From an uncultured Bdellovibrionales bacterium (lineage in GTDB: Bacteria > Patescibacteriota > Minisyncoccia > Moranbacterales > UBA1568), in the NCBI GenBank assembly GCA_964624415.1, contig CAZUWR010000004.1:1-61290 (forward strand): a stretch of 61,290 nucleotides of DNA. Reading direction: 5' to 3'. Below, piece by piece: positions 48,201 through 58,275 of this stretch. A program made the position numbers and the translations under genes. A model generated the notes under the pieces. It did no database searches. It was not told where the DNA came from and was given only the letters and a program-made list of their open reading frames with translations. Each line of letters starts with the position of its first letter. The stretch's first letter is position 1.

Positions 48201-49118
48201 ATGGAAACACTTCCCGATTTGGACGCTATCGTGACACAGACGCTGGATTTTTTCGACAAGAATACGCCGCCGGTATTCAACCTCGATGCCTATGATTTCC
48301 CTTTCGTCGTCGGATCCGGCAATGCATATAACACCGGTACCATTCTCTTCTCCGGAAGGGCTGCCGTTTTCGCTGATGAGAGCACTTTTCGCAGTAGCAT
48401 CGAGTCTTACAGCGAAGCCATACAAAAAGGCCTCATAACTCAAGCTATCATCATTTCCGCTTCCGGTGAAAAAGACTCCGTCTGGGAAATCGAACTCGCC
48501 AAACAATATGGCCTCTCAACAACACTTCTCACCTGCGATGCCGACTCATCTGCGGCTAAGATCGCCGATCGGGTATTTGTCTACCGAAAAATCGCCGAGC
48601 CCTACACCTACAATACCTCCACCTATCTGGGCATGGTACTCTCAGCTACACATGAATCCGTAAAGAGCATTCGGCATACCATAGACACTCTTGCATTGCC
48701 TGAAAACTTCTCTCAATACAGCGCGTACGCCTTCATACTCCCCGATCGTTTCGCTCCTATCTGTCCGATGATCGATATCAAAAACAATGAGCTTTTCGGA
48801 CCATTCTCCTTGCTAAGAGCTTTTCCGGAAGGTCATGCTCGCCATGCCAAATTCGTCATCCCTACCGACAAGGAGCTTGTGATTGGTATCGGAGCCAGCA
48901 CCGATTATTTCGGACATCCGGATCATCGCTTTATTATCGATCTTCCGGCAGATGCCGACTTTGGGCTCGTGCTTGCTCTTACCTATTTCATTGCCGGAAA
49001 GATCCAATCGTCCAAACCGCCCTACTTTAAGGAAAATATCGCCAACTACTGCAATGGCTACGGTCCGAAAGCCTATGGAAAAGCGGGCACCTTCGATACT
49101 ATCGTCCCGGGAAATTAA
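48201..49118 (+). CDS. SIS-domain sugar-phosphate isomerase-like protein
   Basis: ORF 47973..49118 trimmed to the ATG at 48201 (METLPDLDAIV). The upstream part overlaps manC. FVVGSGNAYNTG ... IIISASGEKDS ... LLTCDADSSAAKIADRVF resembles the SIS fold pattern. It is divergent from manC. Confidence 0.45.
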   Translation: METLPDLDAIVTQTLDFFDKNTPPVFNLDAYDFPFVVGSGNAYNTGTILFSGRAAVFADESTFRSSIESYSEAIQKGLITQAIIISASGEKDSVWEIELAKQYGLSTTLLTCDADSSAAKIADRVFVYRKIAEPYTYNTSTYLGMVLSATHESVKSIRHTIDTLALPENFSQYSAYAFILPDRFAPICPMIDIKNNELFGPFSLLRAFPEGHARHAKFVIPTDKELVIGIGASTDYFGHPDHRFIIDLPADADFGLVLALTYFIAGKIQSSKPPYFKENIANYCNGYGPKAYGKAGTFDTIVPGN

Positions 49119-49144
49119 ATATTCTCCTTCGCACAAAAAATCCC

Positions 49145-49176
49145 GCTTCTGCAAGCGGGATTTTTTGATACCGGAA
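49145..49176. terminator. bidirectional rho-independent terminator (SIS gene + / SBP gene -)
   Basis: AAAAAATCCCGCTT-CTGC-AAGCGGGATTTTTT between the convergent stops at 49118 and 49185. Confidence 0.85.
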
Positions 49177-49184
49177 AAAGATGG

Positions 49185-50783
49185 TTATTTCCTTACTCGT
49201 GAAGTCTTCATATACCATGAGGCGATATTCTGAAGACGGGCGCTTGGCGTATTGATATTCTCCGTATCGATACCCTGCACCGCAGAATTCACCACATACA
49301 AATACGATGGACTATAGAGAAATACCGCCGGCATTTCATCCATCAAAATATCACGGAATTGTTTGTATTTTTCCAATCGATTCTCATCACTCAGTATCTC
49401 GCGCGCTGCTGCCAAGATGTCATCCGCATCCTTGTTATCGAATAACGAAAGGTTAAGCCCCGGGTCATGTTTTTGGCTGGAATGCCAAAAAGAATACGGA
49501 TCGGGATTGAAACTGGTCGCCTCACCGAAAAGCAACGCATCGTATTCCCTTGGTCGCAAAGCATTCTGTTGAAGATCAGACACGCTCAAAACGCGCACGT
49601 CTACCTTGATACCGATCGATTCCCACTGGGTACGCAAAATATCGGCAGTTTTGACAAGTTCCGGCCAATCCGGTGTCGTGAGAGTAAAAGAAAGCTGCAC
49701 GCCGCCTTTTTCACGGACACCATCCTGAAGCACCCAACCATTATCTTCCAAGAGGGCAATCGCTTTATCTTTATCAAAAACATCCCTGCCATCATCATCG
49801 GAGAATCCTTTCATCTGAGATAAGAACGGTGATGACAATGCCTCTCCTCGTCCACCCAAGACCGACGTGATAATTTCCTGCCGATTCGTGCCGTATGCAA
49901 GAGCCTGCCGCACTTCCTTATGCGCCAAAGCTACGCTCTTGATGCCATTGAGAAATACGGCGAACAAGCGCGGTTGATGCAACTCGAAAATATGAATGCT
50001 CTTACGATCCTGCAGTTGTGACTCCTGCTCTGTCACGATATTGCTGATGCCGAGGACTTCCCGGCGATTATATGCATCTATAGCTTCATCGCCATCGGTA
50101 TAAAAATGAAAGATGACTTTAGCGATATAAGGAGCCTTCATAAAATAACCCGGAAAAGCGCGGACTTCATAGGTCAAAATATTGCCATTGGAATCCTTTT
50201 TGAAATCATAAAACTGATACGGTCCGGATCCTACCGGCGAAAGATTGTACTCGGCCAAAGAAAACTTTTCCGGTGCGATATTTTCCCAAATATGCTTCGG
50301 CAAGATACCTACGGTAAGATTTTCCAAAAATCCGAAATACGGTTTTTTCAAAGCAAAAACAAGAGTGTGTGCATCGCTCGCCGTCACATCAACACCCTGC
50401 CAGTTAGGACGCAGAGGACTCTTGTATGCTGGATCCTTAACAATATTGAGCGTAAAAGCGACGTCTTCGGCAGTCAAGTCCTCTCCATCATGCCACTTCA
50501 CGCCATTTTTCAGTATCACGGTATACGTCATACCATCTTCGGATACCTCGTAGTGATCAGCAAGATTCGGCTGCAATTGGCCCTGCGCATCATACGAGAA
50601 AAGTCCGCTATACACGATGCTGGCAATATCGGCATCAGCATCGCTCGTCTGTGAAAGCAATGGATTAATATAGGTCGGCTGTCCTACCACACCTTCGGTG
50701 TAGGTGCCGCCAGGAGCAGGAACCGGTTTCGTAAGAGACATATAAATAGCACCCGCCCAAAAAAGCAAAGCACCGACGCCCAA
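49185..50783 (-). CDS. ABC transporter substrate-binding protein, family 5 (peptide/nickel type), orphan
   Basis: ~530 aa with the SBP_bac_5-like layout (GGTYTEGVVGQPTYINPLL..., YKSPLRPNWQGV, PYQF). No permease or ATPase genes are adjacent. The track start is a TTG inside a TM helix. The frame stays open upstream to ~50886, so the true start is unresolved. Confidence 0.75.
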   Translation of the reverse strand: MGVGALLFWAGAIYMSLTKPVPAPGGTYTEGVVGQPTYINPLLSQTSDADADIASIVYSGLFSYDAQGQLQPNLADHYEVSEDGMTYTVILKNGVKWHDGEDLTAEDVAFTLNIVKDPAYKSPLRPNWQGVDVTASDAHTLVFALKKPYFGFLENLTVGILPKHIWENIAPEKFSLAEYNLSPVGSGPYQFYDFKKDSNGNILTYEVRAFPGYFMKAPYIAKVIFHFYTDGDEAIDAYNRREVLGISNIVTEQESQLQDRKSIHIFELHQPRLFAVFLNGIKSVALAHKEVRQALAYGTNRQEIITSVLGGRGEALSSPFLSQMKGFSDDDGRDVFDKDKAIALLEDNGWVLQDGVREKGGVQLSFTLTTPDWPELVKTADILRTQWESIGIKVDVRVLSVSDLQQNALRPREYDALLFGEATSFNPDPYSFWHSSQKHDPGLNLSLFDNKDADDILAAAREILSDENRLEKYKQFRDILMDEMPAVFLYSPSYLYVVNSAVQGIDTENINTPSARLQNIASWYMKTSRVRK

Positions 50784-50961
50784 ACCGGTAAGCGTAAATA
50801 CAAGAAGCTTCTCTTTAAAACCTAAAGTGTGAATAAAGAGTATCCATTTTCTATATGAGAGCCATTGAAATCGTTCTGGAGTAAAAATATGGTTGTATTA
50901 CGAATTATCATATTCATCACCATCCGCCAAAAAACACCGTAACGGATACTTTCGTCCGCGA

Positions 50962-51189
50962 CTACTGTATTCCCTGGACGATAAAGACGTTGATGCCGGA
51001 CAAAACAATGAACAGCACGGTGAGAAACATGGATGTGTAGAGAAGAAACTTCTCAAAGCCACGCTTGGAATAATAGCTTCCACCATCGCCTCCGAATCCG
51101 GCGCCCAAACCGGTACCGCGACTTTGCATCAGGATAGAAATTACCAATAAGATGGCAACGATAACCTGAAAAACAACTATATGTTTCAT
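50962..51189 (-). CDS. secG: preprotein translocase subunit SecG
   Basis: ORF trimmed to MKHIVVFQVIVAILLVISILMQSRGTGLGAGFGG...FEKFLLYTSMFLTVLFIVLS. Two TM helices with the Gly-rich loop. 75 aa. Confidence 0.75.
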   Translation of the reverse strand: MKHIVVFQVIVAILLVISILMQSRGTGLGAGFGGDGGSYYSKRGFEKFLLYTSMFLTVLFIVLSGINVFIVQGIQ

Positions 51190-51392
51190 ATGTTTAGTAT
51201 ACATCAATAAGCGGCTTTCTACCAGGAATTCACCCGATAAAAAAAGCATACCTTACGAGTATATGAAAAGAGAACGGTTTAAGAATGGCTAACTTAAACA
51301 TTGTAACGAAAAACCAGTATAGTGTCAACTCACTCTAACACTTTAGACTCTTTTTTTCAGTAAATAAACCTTGTACCGAAACCTTCAGAAAA

Positions 51393-51421
51393 TTGACATT
51401 TTGTCGCTTTAAAAATACAAT
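51393..51421 (+). promoter_or_regulatory. consensus-like sigma70 promoter of clpC
   Basis: TTGACA (51393-51398)-17 nt-TACAAT (51416-51421), 32 nt upstream of the ATG. Confidence 0.6.
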
Positions 51422-51453
51422 GAAGGGTACTCAAATATGATCCTTCAATCCCT

Positions 51454-53949
51454 ATGCTCGAATCAAAAATATCCCGAAAACTCACCTTTCATGCCAGGCA
51501 CAGCCTCAAAGAGGCTGCTGAAATAGCTGTTTTCTGCAAAGACACCGCTATCAAGCCCAAACACCTCCTTTTTGCCGTGCACAGCGAAAAAGGCAGTCTT
51601 GGGAGTGTTTTGCTTGAAAATATGGGTTTTACGCAAAAAATACTCACCAAATTCTGCATCGACAAACCCAAAACGAAAGCGGGTGTATCGAAAAAATCAT
51701 CGCGATCAATCGCGAAAGTCACCTTTTCCGAGGGAACAAAAGATATTATCACCCGAGCATATTCGATTGCCAGTCAGTTCGCTTATCCTTATGTCGGATC
51801 CGAACACCTCGTCTATGCTCTTATCGAATCGTCCGATGCCGATATCGCGGCCCTCATCGAAACGATGCATATCAAAAAACAGGATATGAAAGCAGCTCTC
51901 ACATCTCATATTAATATGTCCGATATCCCAAACCTTTCCAAGATATTCAATCTGCCATCCACCGGTCTCTCCAAAACCAAGCAGACCAAACAATCTTCCG
52001 AAACACCATTCCTCGACCAGTACGGCATAGATCTGACCGAGGAAGCTAAACACAACCCTGAAATCATCACCGGGCGGACAGTGGAAATCGAACGGATGAT
52101 ACAGATTCTCGGACGTCGCAGCAAGAACAATCCCCTTCTGATCGGCGAACCGGGCGTGGGCAAGACAACTCTTGTAAGCGCTTTGGCTAAGAAAATGGCT
52201 CAAGGGGGTGCTGGACATCAATTCCTGAATAAGCGAATCATCGGTCTCGATTTGGCACTCGTAGTCGCAGGCACGAGCTTTCGCGGCGAATTTGAAGCGC
52301 GCCTTAAGGAAATCATCTACGAGGCTTCCGACAACCCGGATATCATCTTATTTATCGATGAAATCCATACCATTGTCGGTGCCGGTAACACGTCCGGAGG
52401 ATTGGACGCAGCCAATATTCTCAAACCTGCTCTCTCTCGCGGCGACCTGCAGTGCATCGGCGCCACCACCTTTGCCGAATACAAAAAGCATATTGAGAAA
52501 GATCCAGCTTTCGAAAGACGTTTTCAAGCTATCACGATAGCGGAACCAACTGCCCAAGAAGCCAAGCGCATTCTTGAAGAAAGCAAGGTTTTGTATGAGA
52601 CCTATCACAATACCATCATCACTCAAGAAGCGATAACGGCGGCGGTAGATTTTTCTATACGATTTATGCCTGATCGTTTTCTCCCTGACAAAGCCTTCGA
52701 CCTGATTGACGAGACCGCTTCGGCGCTGCGTCAGAAAAAACCGATCAGCCCGCTCCTCAAAACGATGCATGCCTTAAAGGAGGAACGGAAAGAACAGATC
52801 AAACTCAAAGAAGAACTGGTACAGCAAGATCGATTCGAAGAAGCCATCGCCCTGCAAAAAGCGGAAAAACTCCTGCGGCAGAAAATCAAAAAGCTGTCAG
52901 CGAAACTGAAAAAGAATCATAAACAAGACGCTATCACCGTACACGCCGTCGATATCGCTCGCGTCGTCGCTCAAATCACGCATATCCCCCTCAATAAAAT
53001 CATGTCCCAACGACAAGAATCACTCAGAGGACTTGAAAAAAACCTGGACAAGTATATTATCGGACAACCCGAAGTGGTCGGGAAACTTTCCAAAACGCTT
53101 CTGCGTTCGCTCAGCGGTGTTAGCCACCCTGATCGACCTCTTGGATCATTCCTCTTCCTTGGCCCGAGCGGTGTCGGAAAGACTTTGGCTGCCAAGATAC
53201 TTTCTGAGACGCTCTTTGGAGACAAGCACTCCCTTATCCGTCTGGATATGAGCGAATTCATCGAGCGTCACAGTATCGCGCAAATCATCGGTGCGCCCGC
53301 CGGCTACATCGGCTACGGCGAGGGCGGAAAACTGACCGAAAAAGTCCGCCGCAAACCCTACAGCGTCATCTTATTCGATGAAATCGAGAAGGCGCACCCG
53401 GACGTCTTCAATATTCTCTTGCAAATTCTCGATGAGGGTATGCTGACCGATGCCGAAGGACGCAAAGTAAGCTTCCGCAATACTATCATCATTCTGACAT
53501 CCAATATCGGTACCCAGGCCTTCACGCAAACCGCACGCATCGGTTTCCACGACCATCTGCCGCACCAGGCTTTGCAGGAACAATTCGAAACCATTCAAAA
53601 AGATGTCCTTGTCGAGCTCAAACAACAACTTCGCCCGGAGCTTCTCAATCGTCTGGACAATATTATCGTCTTCCAGCCGCTCGATAAAGAGGGTATGCGC
53701 AAGATAGCCAAGCTCGAACTGCAAGCGCTCGTAGCCCGATTAGCTGCTCAATCCATTACACTCCGCTACAAAAAAGACACCGTCGACTTCATTACGGAAA
53801 AAAGCTTCACGCCCGAGCAAGGCGCTCGGCTGGTACGCAAAAATATCCAGGACTTCGTGGAAAATGCCGTCGCAGAAAGACTGCTCGCGCAGCCGACAGC
53901 CAACACCGTAACGCTTGCAATCGTGAAGGGTATCGTCGTGGTGAAGTAA
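51454..53949 (+). CDS. clpC: ATP-dependent Clp protease ATP-binding subunit (ClpC-type class I AAA+)
   Basis: Clp_N repeats, AAA-1 GEPGVGKTTLV / ILFIDEIH, a short UVR-like linker (EELVQQDRFEEAIALQKAEKLL), and AAA-2 GPSGVGKTLAA / ILFDEIEKAH. 831 aa. Confidence 0.88.
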   Translation: MLESKISRKLTFHARHSLKEAAEIAVFCKDTAIKPKHLLFAVHSEKGSLGSVLLENMGFTQKILTKFCIDKPKTKAGVSKKSSRSIAKVTFSEGTKDIITRAYSIASQFAYPYVGSEHLVYALIESSDADIAALIETMHIKKQDMKAALTSHINMSDIPNLSKIFNLPSTGLSKTKQTKQSSETPFLDQYGIDLTEEAKHNPEIITGRTVEIERMIQILGRRSKNNPLLIGEPGVGKTTLVSALAKKMAQGGAGHQFLNKRIIGLDLALVVAGTSFRGEFEARLKEIIYEASDNPDIILFIDEIHTIVGAGNTSGGLDAANILKPALSRGDLQCIGATTFAEYKKHIEKDPAFERRFQAITIAEPTAQEAKRILEESKVLYETYHNTIITQEAITAAVDFSIRFMPDRFLPDKAFDLIDETASALRQKKPISPLLKTMHALKEERKEQIKLKEELVQQDRFEEAIALQKAEKLLRQKIKKLSAKLKKNHKQDAITVHAVDIARVVAQITHIPLNKIMSQRQESLRGLEKNLDKYIIGQPEVVGKLSKTLLRSLSGVSHPDRPLGSFLFLGPSGVGKTLAAKILSETLFGDKHSLIRLDMSEFIERHSIAQIIGAPAGYIGYGEGGKLTEKVRRKPYSVILFDEIEKAHPDVFNILLQILDEGMLTDAEGRKVSFRNTIIILTSNIGTQAFTQTARIGFHDHLPHQALQEQFETIQKDVLVELKQQLRPELLNRLDNIIVFQPLDKEGMRKIAKLELQALVARLAAQSITLRYKKDTVDFITEKSFTPEQGARLVRKNIQDFVENAVAERLLAQPTANTVTLAIVKGIVVVK

Positions 53950-53980
53950 ATCAATGAGAGCGAACAAGCCTTGTATGAAA

Positions 53981-54062
53981 ATACGAAGTGTCGCAAGGAT
54001 TTTTCATGACCACTTTGCGTAGTCGCTCTGGTCTTGAAAAATTTCTTGCGTACACTTCGTAT
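53981..54062 (+). other. ~82-nt three-tier hairpin between clpC and comF
   Basis: ATACGAAGTGT (53981-53991) / ACACTTCGTAT (54052-54062), then CGCAAG..TTTTTCA / TGAAAAA..CTTGCG, then GACCA / TGGTC. No U-tract follows. It ends 14 nt before the comF ATG. Confidence 0.5.
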
Positions 54063-54075
54063 ACGATCAATCGCT

Positions 54076-54798
54076 ATGCGAATGTTTACAAAAATACAAA
54101 CGTTCATTTTCGACACCCTCTTCCCTATCGAGTGCATCGGATGCGGCCGGTCGAAGACCTATCTGTGCGAAGTATGCCTTTCGATTCTTCCGATTCATAC
54201 GGATCAAAGATGCCCCGTCTGCACCAAACGTGATACTATGCACGGCCAGGTCTGTTTCGATTGTCTCGGACAAACATCGCTCGATGGTCTTTTGGTTGCA
54301 TCATCATACAAAAATCCGCTTCTTTCCAAAGCTATTCATCTCTACAAATACCGTTTCATACAACCATTGAGTCATCCGCTCGGGCAGCTCCTCGTGCAAT
54401 CCGTCACGCATTCGGAAATACCACTCCCGGATATGCTCTGTCCCGTCCCACTCCATCCCCTACGTCTTCGGTGGCGCGGCTTCAATCAATCCTATCTCCT
54501 TGCCCAAGCACTCAGCACCGCGCTCATCCCGCAACTCCCTATCCCGCTTACGAAGAGACTTTCGCGTACACGCTTCACATTGCCTCAAATGAGCATTCGC
54601 GATGCCGACGAACGGAAGAATAATATCCGCGATGCTTTTGCCTGGAAACCTTCCACTTCCGATACAGCAGACATTCAAGGAAAATATATCTGGCTCATCG
54701 ACGATGTCGCCACCACCACCTCCACCCTCGATGAGTGCGCCAAAATCCTCAAAAAAAACGGCGCCAAGAAAGTCTTTGGCGTCGTCTTGGCACGATAA
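54076..54798 (+). CDS. comF: ComF-family protein (ComFC-like phosphoribosyltransferase)
   Basis: N-terminal Cys pairs (CIGCG..CEVC, CPVC..CFDC) and a C-terminal PRTase motif YIWLIDDVATTTSTL. Trimmed from the TTG at 54034 to the ATG at 54076. Confidence 0.8.
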   Translation: MRMFTKIQTFIFDTLFPIECIGCGRSKTYLCEVCLSILPIHTDQRCPVCTKRDTMHGQVCFDCLGQTSLDGLLVASSYKNPLLSKAIHLYKYRFIQPLSHPLGQLLVQSVTHSEIPLPDMLCPVPLHPLRLRWRGFNQSYLLAQALSTALIPQLPIPLTKRLSRTRFTLPQMSIRDADERKNNIRDAFAWKPSTSDTADIQGKYIWLIDDVATTTSTLDECAKILKKNGAKKVFGVVLAR

Positions 54799-54808
54799 GA
54801 TCAGCGAA

Positions 54809-56140
54809 TCAGTATATCTCCAACATTGCTTCGCGAAGCGAGCTGATACGAGCGAGGACATCATCGATAAATTTCCATGATAGAGCTATCTCTTTGGAAT
54901 TGATAAAGATGGATTGATCCTTGGTGAACAAATCCCTCAAGGCGTTTTCATACGGCTCATTGAGGATATACTGATTGTTTTGAAATCCGAAACGAAGCTC
55001 CGTCGGGAAAGCGCACTTTTTCTGGAGGTCGAAATCGGAGTTAAGCGTCAGACGGATGTCATTGTCCGGCGCCACATTGATCCGAATGACATTTTCTTGC
55101 AGAGAGCACCCGCTCGCATCCCACATACTGTGCGGGCGCTTCTTGAAGTATATCGTGATGTCGGTCGTTTTCTTGTCCAGTTTTTTGCCCGATACTACCG
55201 TGATCGGCACCGTGCGCCAAGCAGGCGTATCGATACGCACCTTCAGCGACGCTTTGGTTTCCGTGAGCGAAGCAGGGGCGACATAAGGCTCATTACGATA
55301 TCCTGCATACTGCCCGATAGCGACAGCCTGCACACTGTCATCCCACAGCCGTATTTTTTTCAACACGGCGATTTTTTCCTTATGAATACTTTCGGCGGAG
55401 ACCGTGTCTGGCTGCCTCATCACTGTAAAGGCCAGAAGTTGCAGCGCGTGATTCTGGATCATATCACGCATCGCTCCCGAACTATCATAGTACTGCCCGC
55501 GATTGCGGATGCCTTCCGTTTCCTTGATTTCAATCTCGATACGATCGATATATTTCCCATTCCATACGGGTTCGAATACCGGATTGGCAAACCGAAGCGC
55601 CAACAAATCCTGCACCAAATCTTTGGCCAGATAATGATCGATACGGTAGGTCTGCTGCTCAGTAAAATACCGCGCCAAAAAACGATTGATTTTTTTCGCC
55701 GACGCATAATCGAAACCGAACGGCTTTTCCAAAACGATGGCCGACTGGTTATCAATCAGCCCGTGTTTCTTCAGTCCGCGGACGATCGACATGATAAGCT
55801 CTTCGCCCGATGGGATGGACAGGTAGAAAAATCGCTCCACCGATTCAGTGCCATCCTCGCACTGTGCGATCTGCCCGATGCCTTTCGCATCATATGATCC
55901 GGACACATAGGTCCAGGCTAACACAAAGGCCTCAAGTTTGGCGCTGTCCGCATTTTTATCCTGTGTCAGCACGGACGCTCGCACGATATCGTGAAATACC
56001 GATGCGATCATCTCACTACGCGCAAATCCGATATACCGCATCGGCGCAGTTACATCGAACAGGTGAAATAATGCCGGATACAATTTCTGCCGTGCCAAAT
56101 CCCCGCTTGCCCCGAAGAGAATGAATTCTTTCTTGCTCAT
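54809..56140 (-). CDS. zwf: glucose-6-phosphate dehydrogenase
   Basis: FILFGASGDLARQKLYPALFHL, RIDHYLAKD, EKPFG, QNHALQLL. 443 aa. Confidence 0.92.
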   Translation of the reverse strand: MSKKEFILFGASGDLARQKLYPALFHLFDVTAPMRYIGFARSEMIASVFHDIVRASVLTQDKNADSAKLEAFVLAWTYVSGSYDAKGIGQIAQCEDGTESVERFFYLSIPSGEELIMSIVRGLKKHGLIDNQSAIVLEKPFGFDYASAKKINRFLARYFTEQQTYRIDHYLAKDLVQDLLALRFANPVFEPVWNGKYIDRIEIEIKETEGIRNRGQYYDSSGAMRDMIQNHALQLLAFTVMRQPDTVSAESIHKEKIAVLKKIRLWDDSVQAVAIGQYAGYRNEPYVAPASLTETKASLKVRIDTPAWRTVPITVVSGKKLDKKTTDITIYFKKRPHSMWDASGCSLQENVIRINVAPDNDIRLTLNSDFDLQKKCAFPTELRFGFQNNQYILNEPYENALRDLFTKDQSIFINSKEIALSWKFIDDVLARISSLREAMLEIY

Positions 56141-56182
56141 ATCGGTATTTTTAATGGAAGTACCTCGACTGCACTCATTATA

Positions 56183-57355
56183 CTATCGAATCGCGGAAGC
56201 CACCGCCTTCACCACCGCTTTATCAAATGGGCTCGGAATGATTTTGGTTGTGGTTGGCTTCTTGATAATTCCCGCCAGATTTTCCGCTGCCTGTACCAGC
56301 ATCGCATCGGTAATATCGGTCACATTGTGATCGAGAGCACCGCGAAAAATACCCGGGAATCCCAGGGCATTATTGATCTGATTCGGGAAATCCGAACGTC
56401 CCGTGGCCACCACTAAAGCGCCCGCTTCCAAAGCCTCATCCGGATAGATTTCCGGTACCGGATTGGCCAGAGCAAAAATGATCGGGTGCGTATTCATACC
56501 GCGTACCATATCCTGTTTGAGGACACCACCCTTACTCACACCGATAAATATATCCGCCCCCTGAAGCGCTGTTTTCAAATCCCCTTTGATGCAAAGCGCA
56601 CTTTCTTGATCCGTATGACACACCATATTGGTCTGCGCCGCGAGCTGATTCTTTTCTTCCGTCATATCAGTCCGACCCGTATGGATAGCGCCCTGGCTAT
56701 CCACCACCACGATGTGCTCGAAACCGTATCGCAAGAGCAATTCCACAATAGCCGTACCCGCGGCACCCGCGCCATTCACCACCACGCGCACTTCGTTTTT
56801 CTTACTCCCTCGCACCTTGAGCGCATTGATCAGTCCCGCCAGCACCACCATCGCCGTTCCATGTTGATCATCATGCATCACTGGGATGTGCATACTCTCA
56901 CGCAGACGGCGCTCGATTTCAAAACACCTCGGCGCTGCGATATCCTCCAAATTAATAGCACCAAAAGACGGCTCAAGCGCCTGAACTATCGCCACGATAG
57001 CATCGGTATCCTGCGTGTTCAGCACGATCGGGAAGGCATCCACGCCAGCCAACGCCTTGAACAGCATCGCCTTGCCCTCCATCACCGGAAGCGCTCCGAG
57101 CGGTCCGATATTCCCCAATCCCAGCACGGCCGATCCATCCGATACCACCGCGACCGTATTGCCGCGGAGCGTCATCGTCTTGGCATCCTCGGGATGCTCT
57201 GCGATATGAGTCGAAACAGCTCCGACACCGGGCGTGTAAAACAGACCGAGGCTTTTTTTAGTAAGCTTGGCCTTCGGAGTAATCTCTATTTTCCCTCGTA
57301 ATTTTGTGTGGATAGCGAGCGCCTCTTGGTGGATATCTTGTTTCATACTGTGCAT
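56183..57355 (-). CDS. NAD(P)-dependent malic enzyme (short form)
   Basis: [64 protein letters not shown]. 387-390 aa. Confidence 0.92.
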   Translation of the reverse strand: MHSMKQDIHQEALAIHTKLRGKIEITPKAKLTKKSLGLFYTPGVGAVSTHIAEHPEDAKTMTLRGNTVAVVSDGSAVLGLGNIGPLGALPVMEGKAMLFKALAGVDAFPIVLNTQDTDAIVAIVQALEPSFGAINLEDIAAPRCFEIERRLRESMHIPVMHDDQHGTAMVVLAGLINALKVRGSKKNEVRVVVNGAGAAGTAIVELLLRYGFEHIVVVDSQGAIHTGRTDMTEEKNQLAAQTNMVCHTDQESALCIKGDLKTALQGADIFIGVSKGGVLKQDMVRGMNTHPIIFALANPVPEIYPDEALEAGALVVATGRSDFPNQINNALGFPGIFRGALDHNVTDITDAMLVQAAENLAGIIKKPTTTKIIPSPFDKAVVKAVASAIR

Positions 57356-57464
57356 ATTATCGATTCATTATATTCATTCTACAGCTGTCCTCTGAGCATA
57401 TACCCAAAGAGCGTATCTATCAATACGCTCCAACCTCCGATTTCCTTACACATATGCCACAATC

Positions 57465-57776
57465 CTATCTTCTCAGTATAACTCTTGTCTTGGTAAGGAA
57501 TTCGACTTTTTCCTGTCTGAGCAAATGTATCTTCGCCGCCGTTCCGCCTCGATTATACTCACCCACCTCACCATCAGATCTGACCACCCGATGGCACTGC
57601 ACCGACTCATCGAAGTTGCGCTTCATCGTCGTCCCCACCGCCCGAGCCGCACCAGGATTCCCAGCAAGCGCTGCCACCTGCTTATAGCTCAAAACCTGGC
57701 CGCAAGGAATCTGTCGCACCACCTCGCGCACTTTGTCGGAAAAAGATAATTTTTTATCCTGCGTGTAAGCAATCAT
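57465..57776 (-). CDS. MGMT-family (methylated-DNA--protein-cysteine methyltransferase DNA-binding domain) protein
   Basis: 103 aa. IPCGQVLSYKQVAALAGNPGAARAVGTTM...VQCHRVV contains the helix-turn-helix and the CHRV active-site context, with no N-terminal domain. Confidence 0.8.
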   Translation of the reverse strand: MIAYTQDKKLSFSDKVREVVRQIPCGQVLSYKQVAALAGNPGAARAVGTTMKRNFDESVQCHRVVRSDGEVGEYNRGGTAAKIHLLRQEKVEFLTKTRVILRR

Positions 57777-57803
57777 AGTTCTGCCCTTTACGCGAATTCC
57801 GTA

Positions 57804-58202
57804 TTACTTGTTCAAATACGTAATCGTCAATTGCAGAATCGTCGCAAAAGAAACCCACAATAAGTATGGAACTTGAATGTAGGCAATCCAGCGGGTGTGC
57901 GGATAGATAGCGATAATCGCCCACACAAGCGTCCCAAGAATCAGCAGGATGTCAGCCGAAGCTAAGAGATTGTTTTTCAAACCGAATTGTATCGGTGTGA
58001 AAGCGAGATTGAAAACAATGTTGAGAGCGAACGGCAAAGCGACGACAAACGGCAACTGCCGCTGCCATACCATCAGAAAAACCTTCCCGAAGGAGACGGC
58101 GATCAGCACATACAGAAACGTCCACACCGGTCCGAAAAGAAATGAGGGCGGCGCCCACGTCGGTTTGATAAGCTGCGAGTACCAATTATAGGTATTATTC
58201 AT
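57804..58202 (-). CDS. tspO: TspO/MBR family tryptophan-rich sensory protein
   Basis: YSQLIKPTWAPPSFLFGPVWTFLYVLIAVSF ... five TM helices. Trimmed to Met10 (58202). Confidence 0.85.
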   Translation of the reverse strand: MNNTYNWYSQLIKPTWAPPSFLFGPVWTFLYVLIAVSFGKVFLMVWQRQLPFVVALPFALNIVFNLAFTPIQFGLKNNLLASADILLILGTLVWAIIAIYPHTRWIAYIQVPYLLWVSFATILQLTITYLNK

Positions 58203-58275
58203 ATGTTTATTGTTATACAGTACATCCAACCGAGAAAAAGAGTGCGATCCGCTCCTTCTTATTCTCAGTAAAAAA

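Noticed and set aside
51190-51453. CtsR operator or other heat-shock operator upstream of clpC
   Set aside because: I looked for the tandem GGTCAAA heptads and found none. Only a consensus sigma70 promoter and small hairpins are present.
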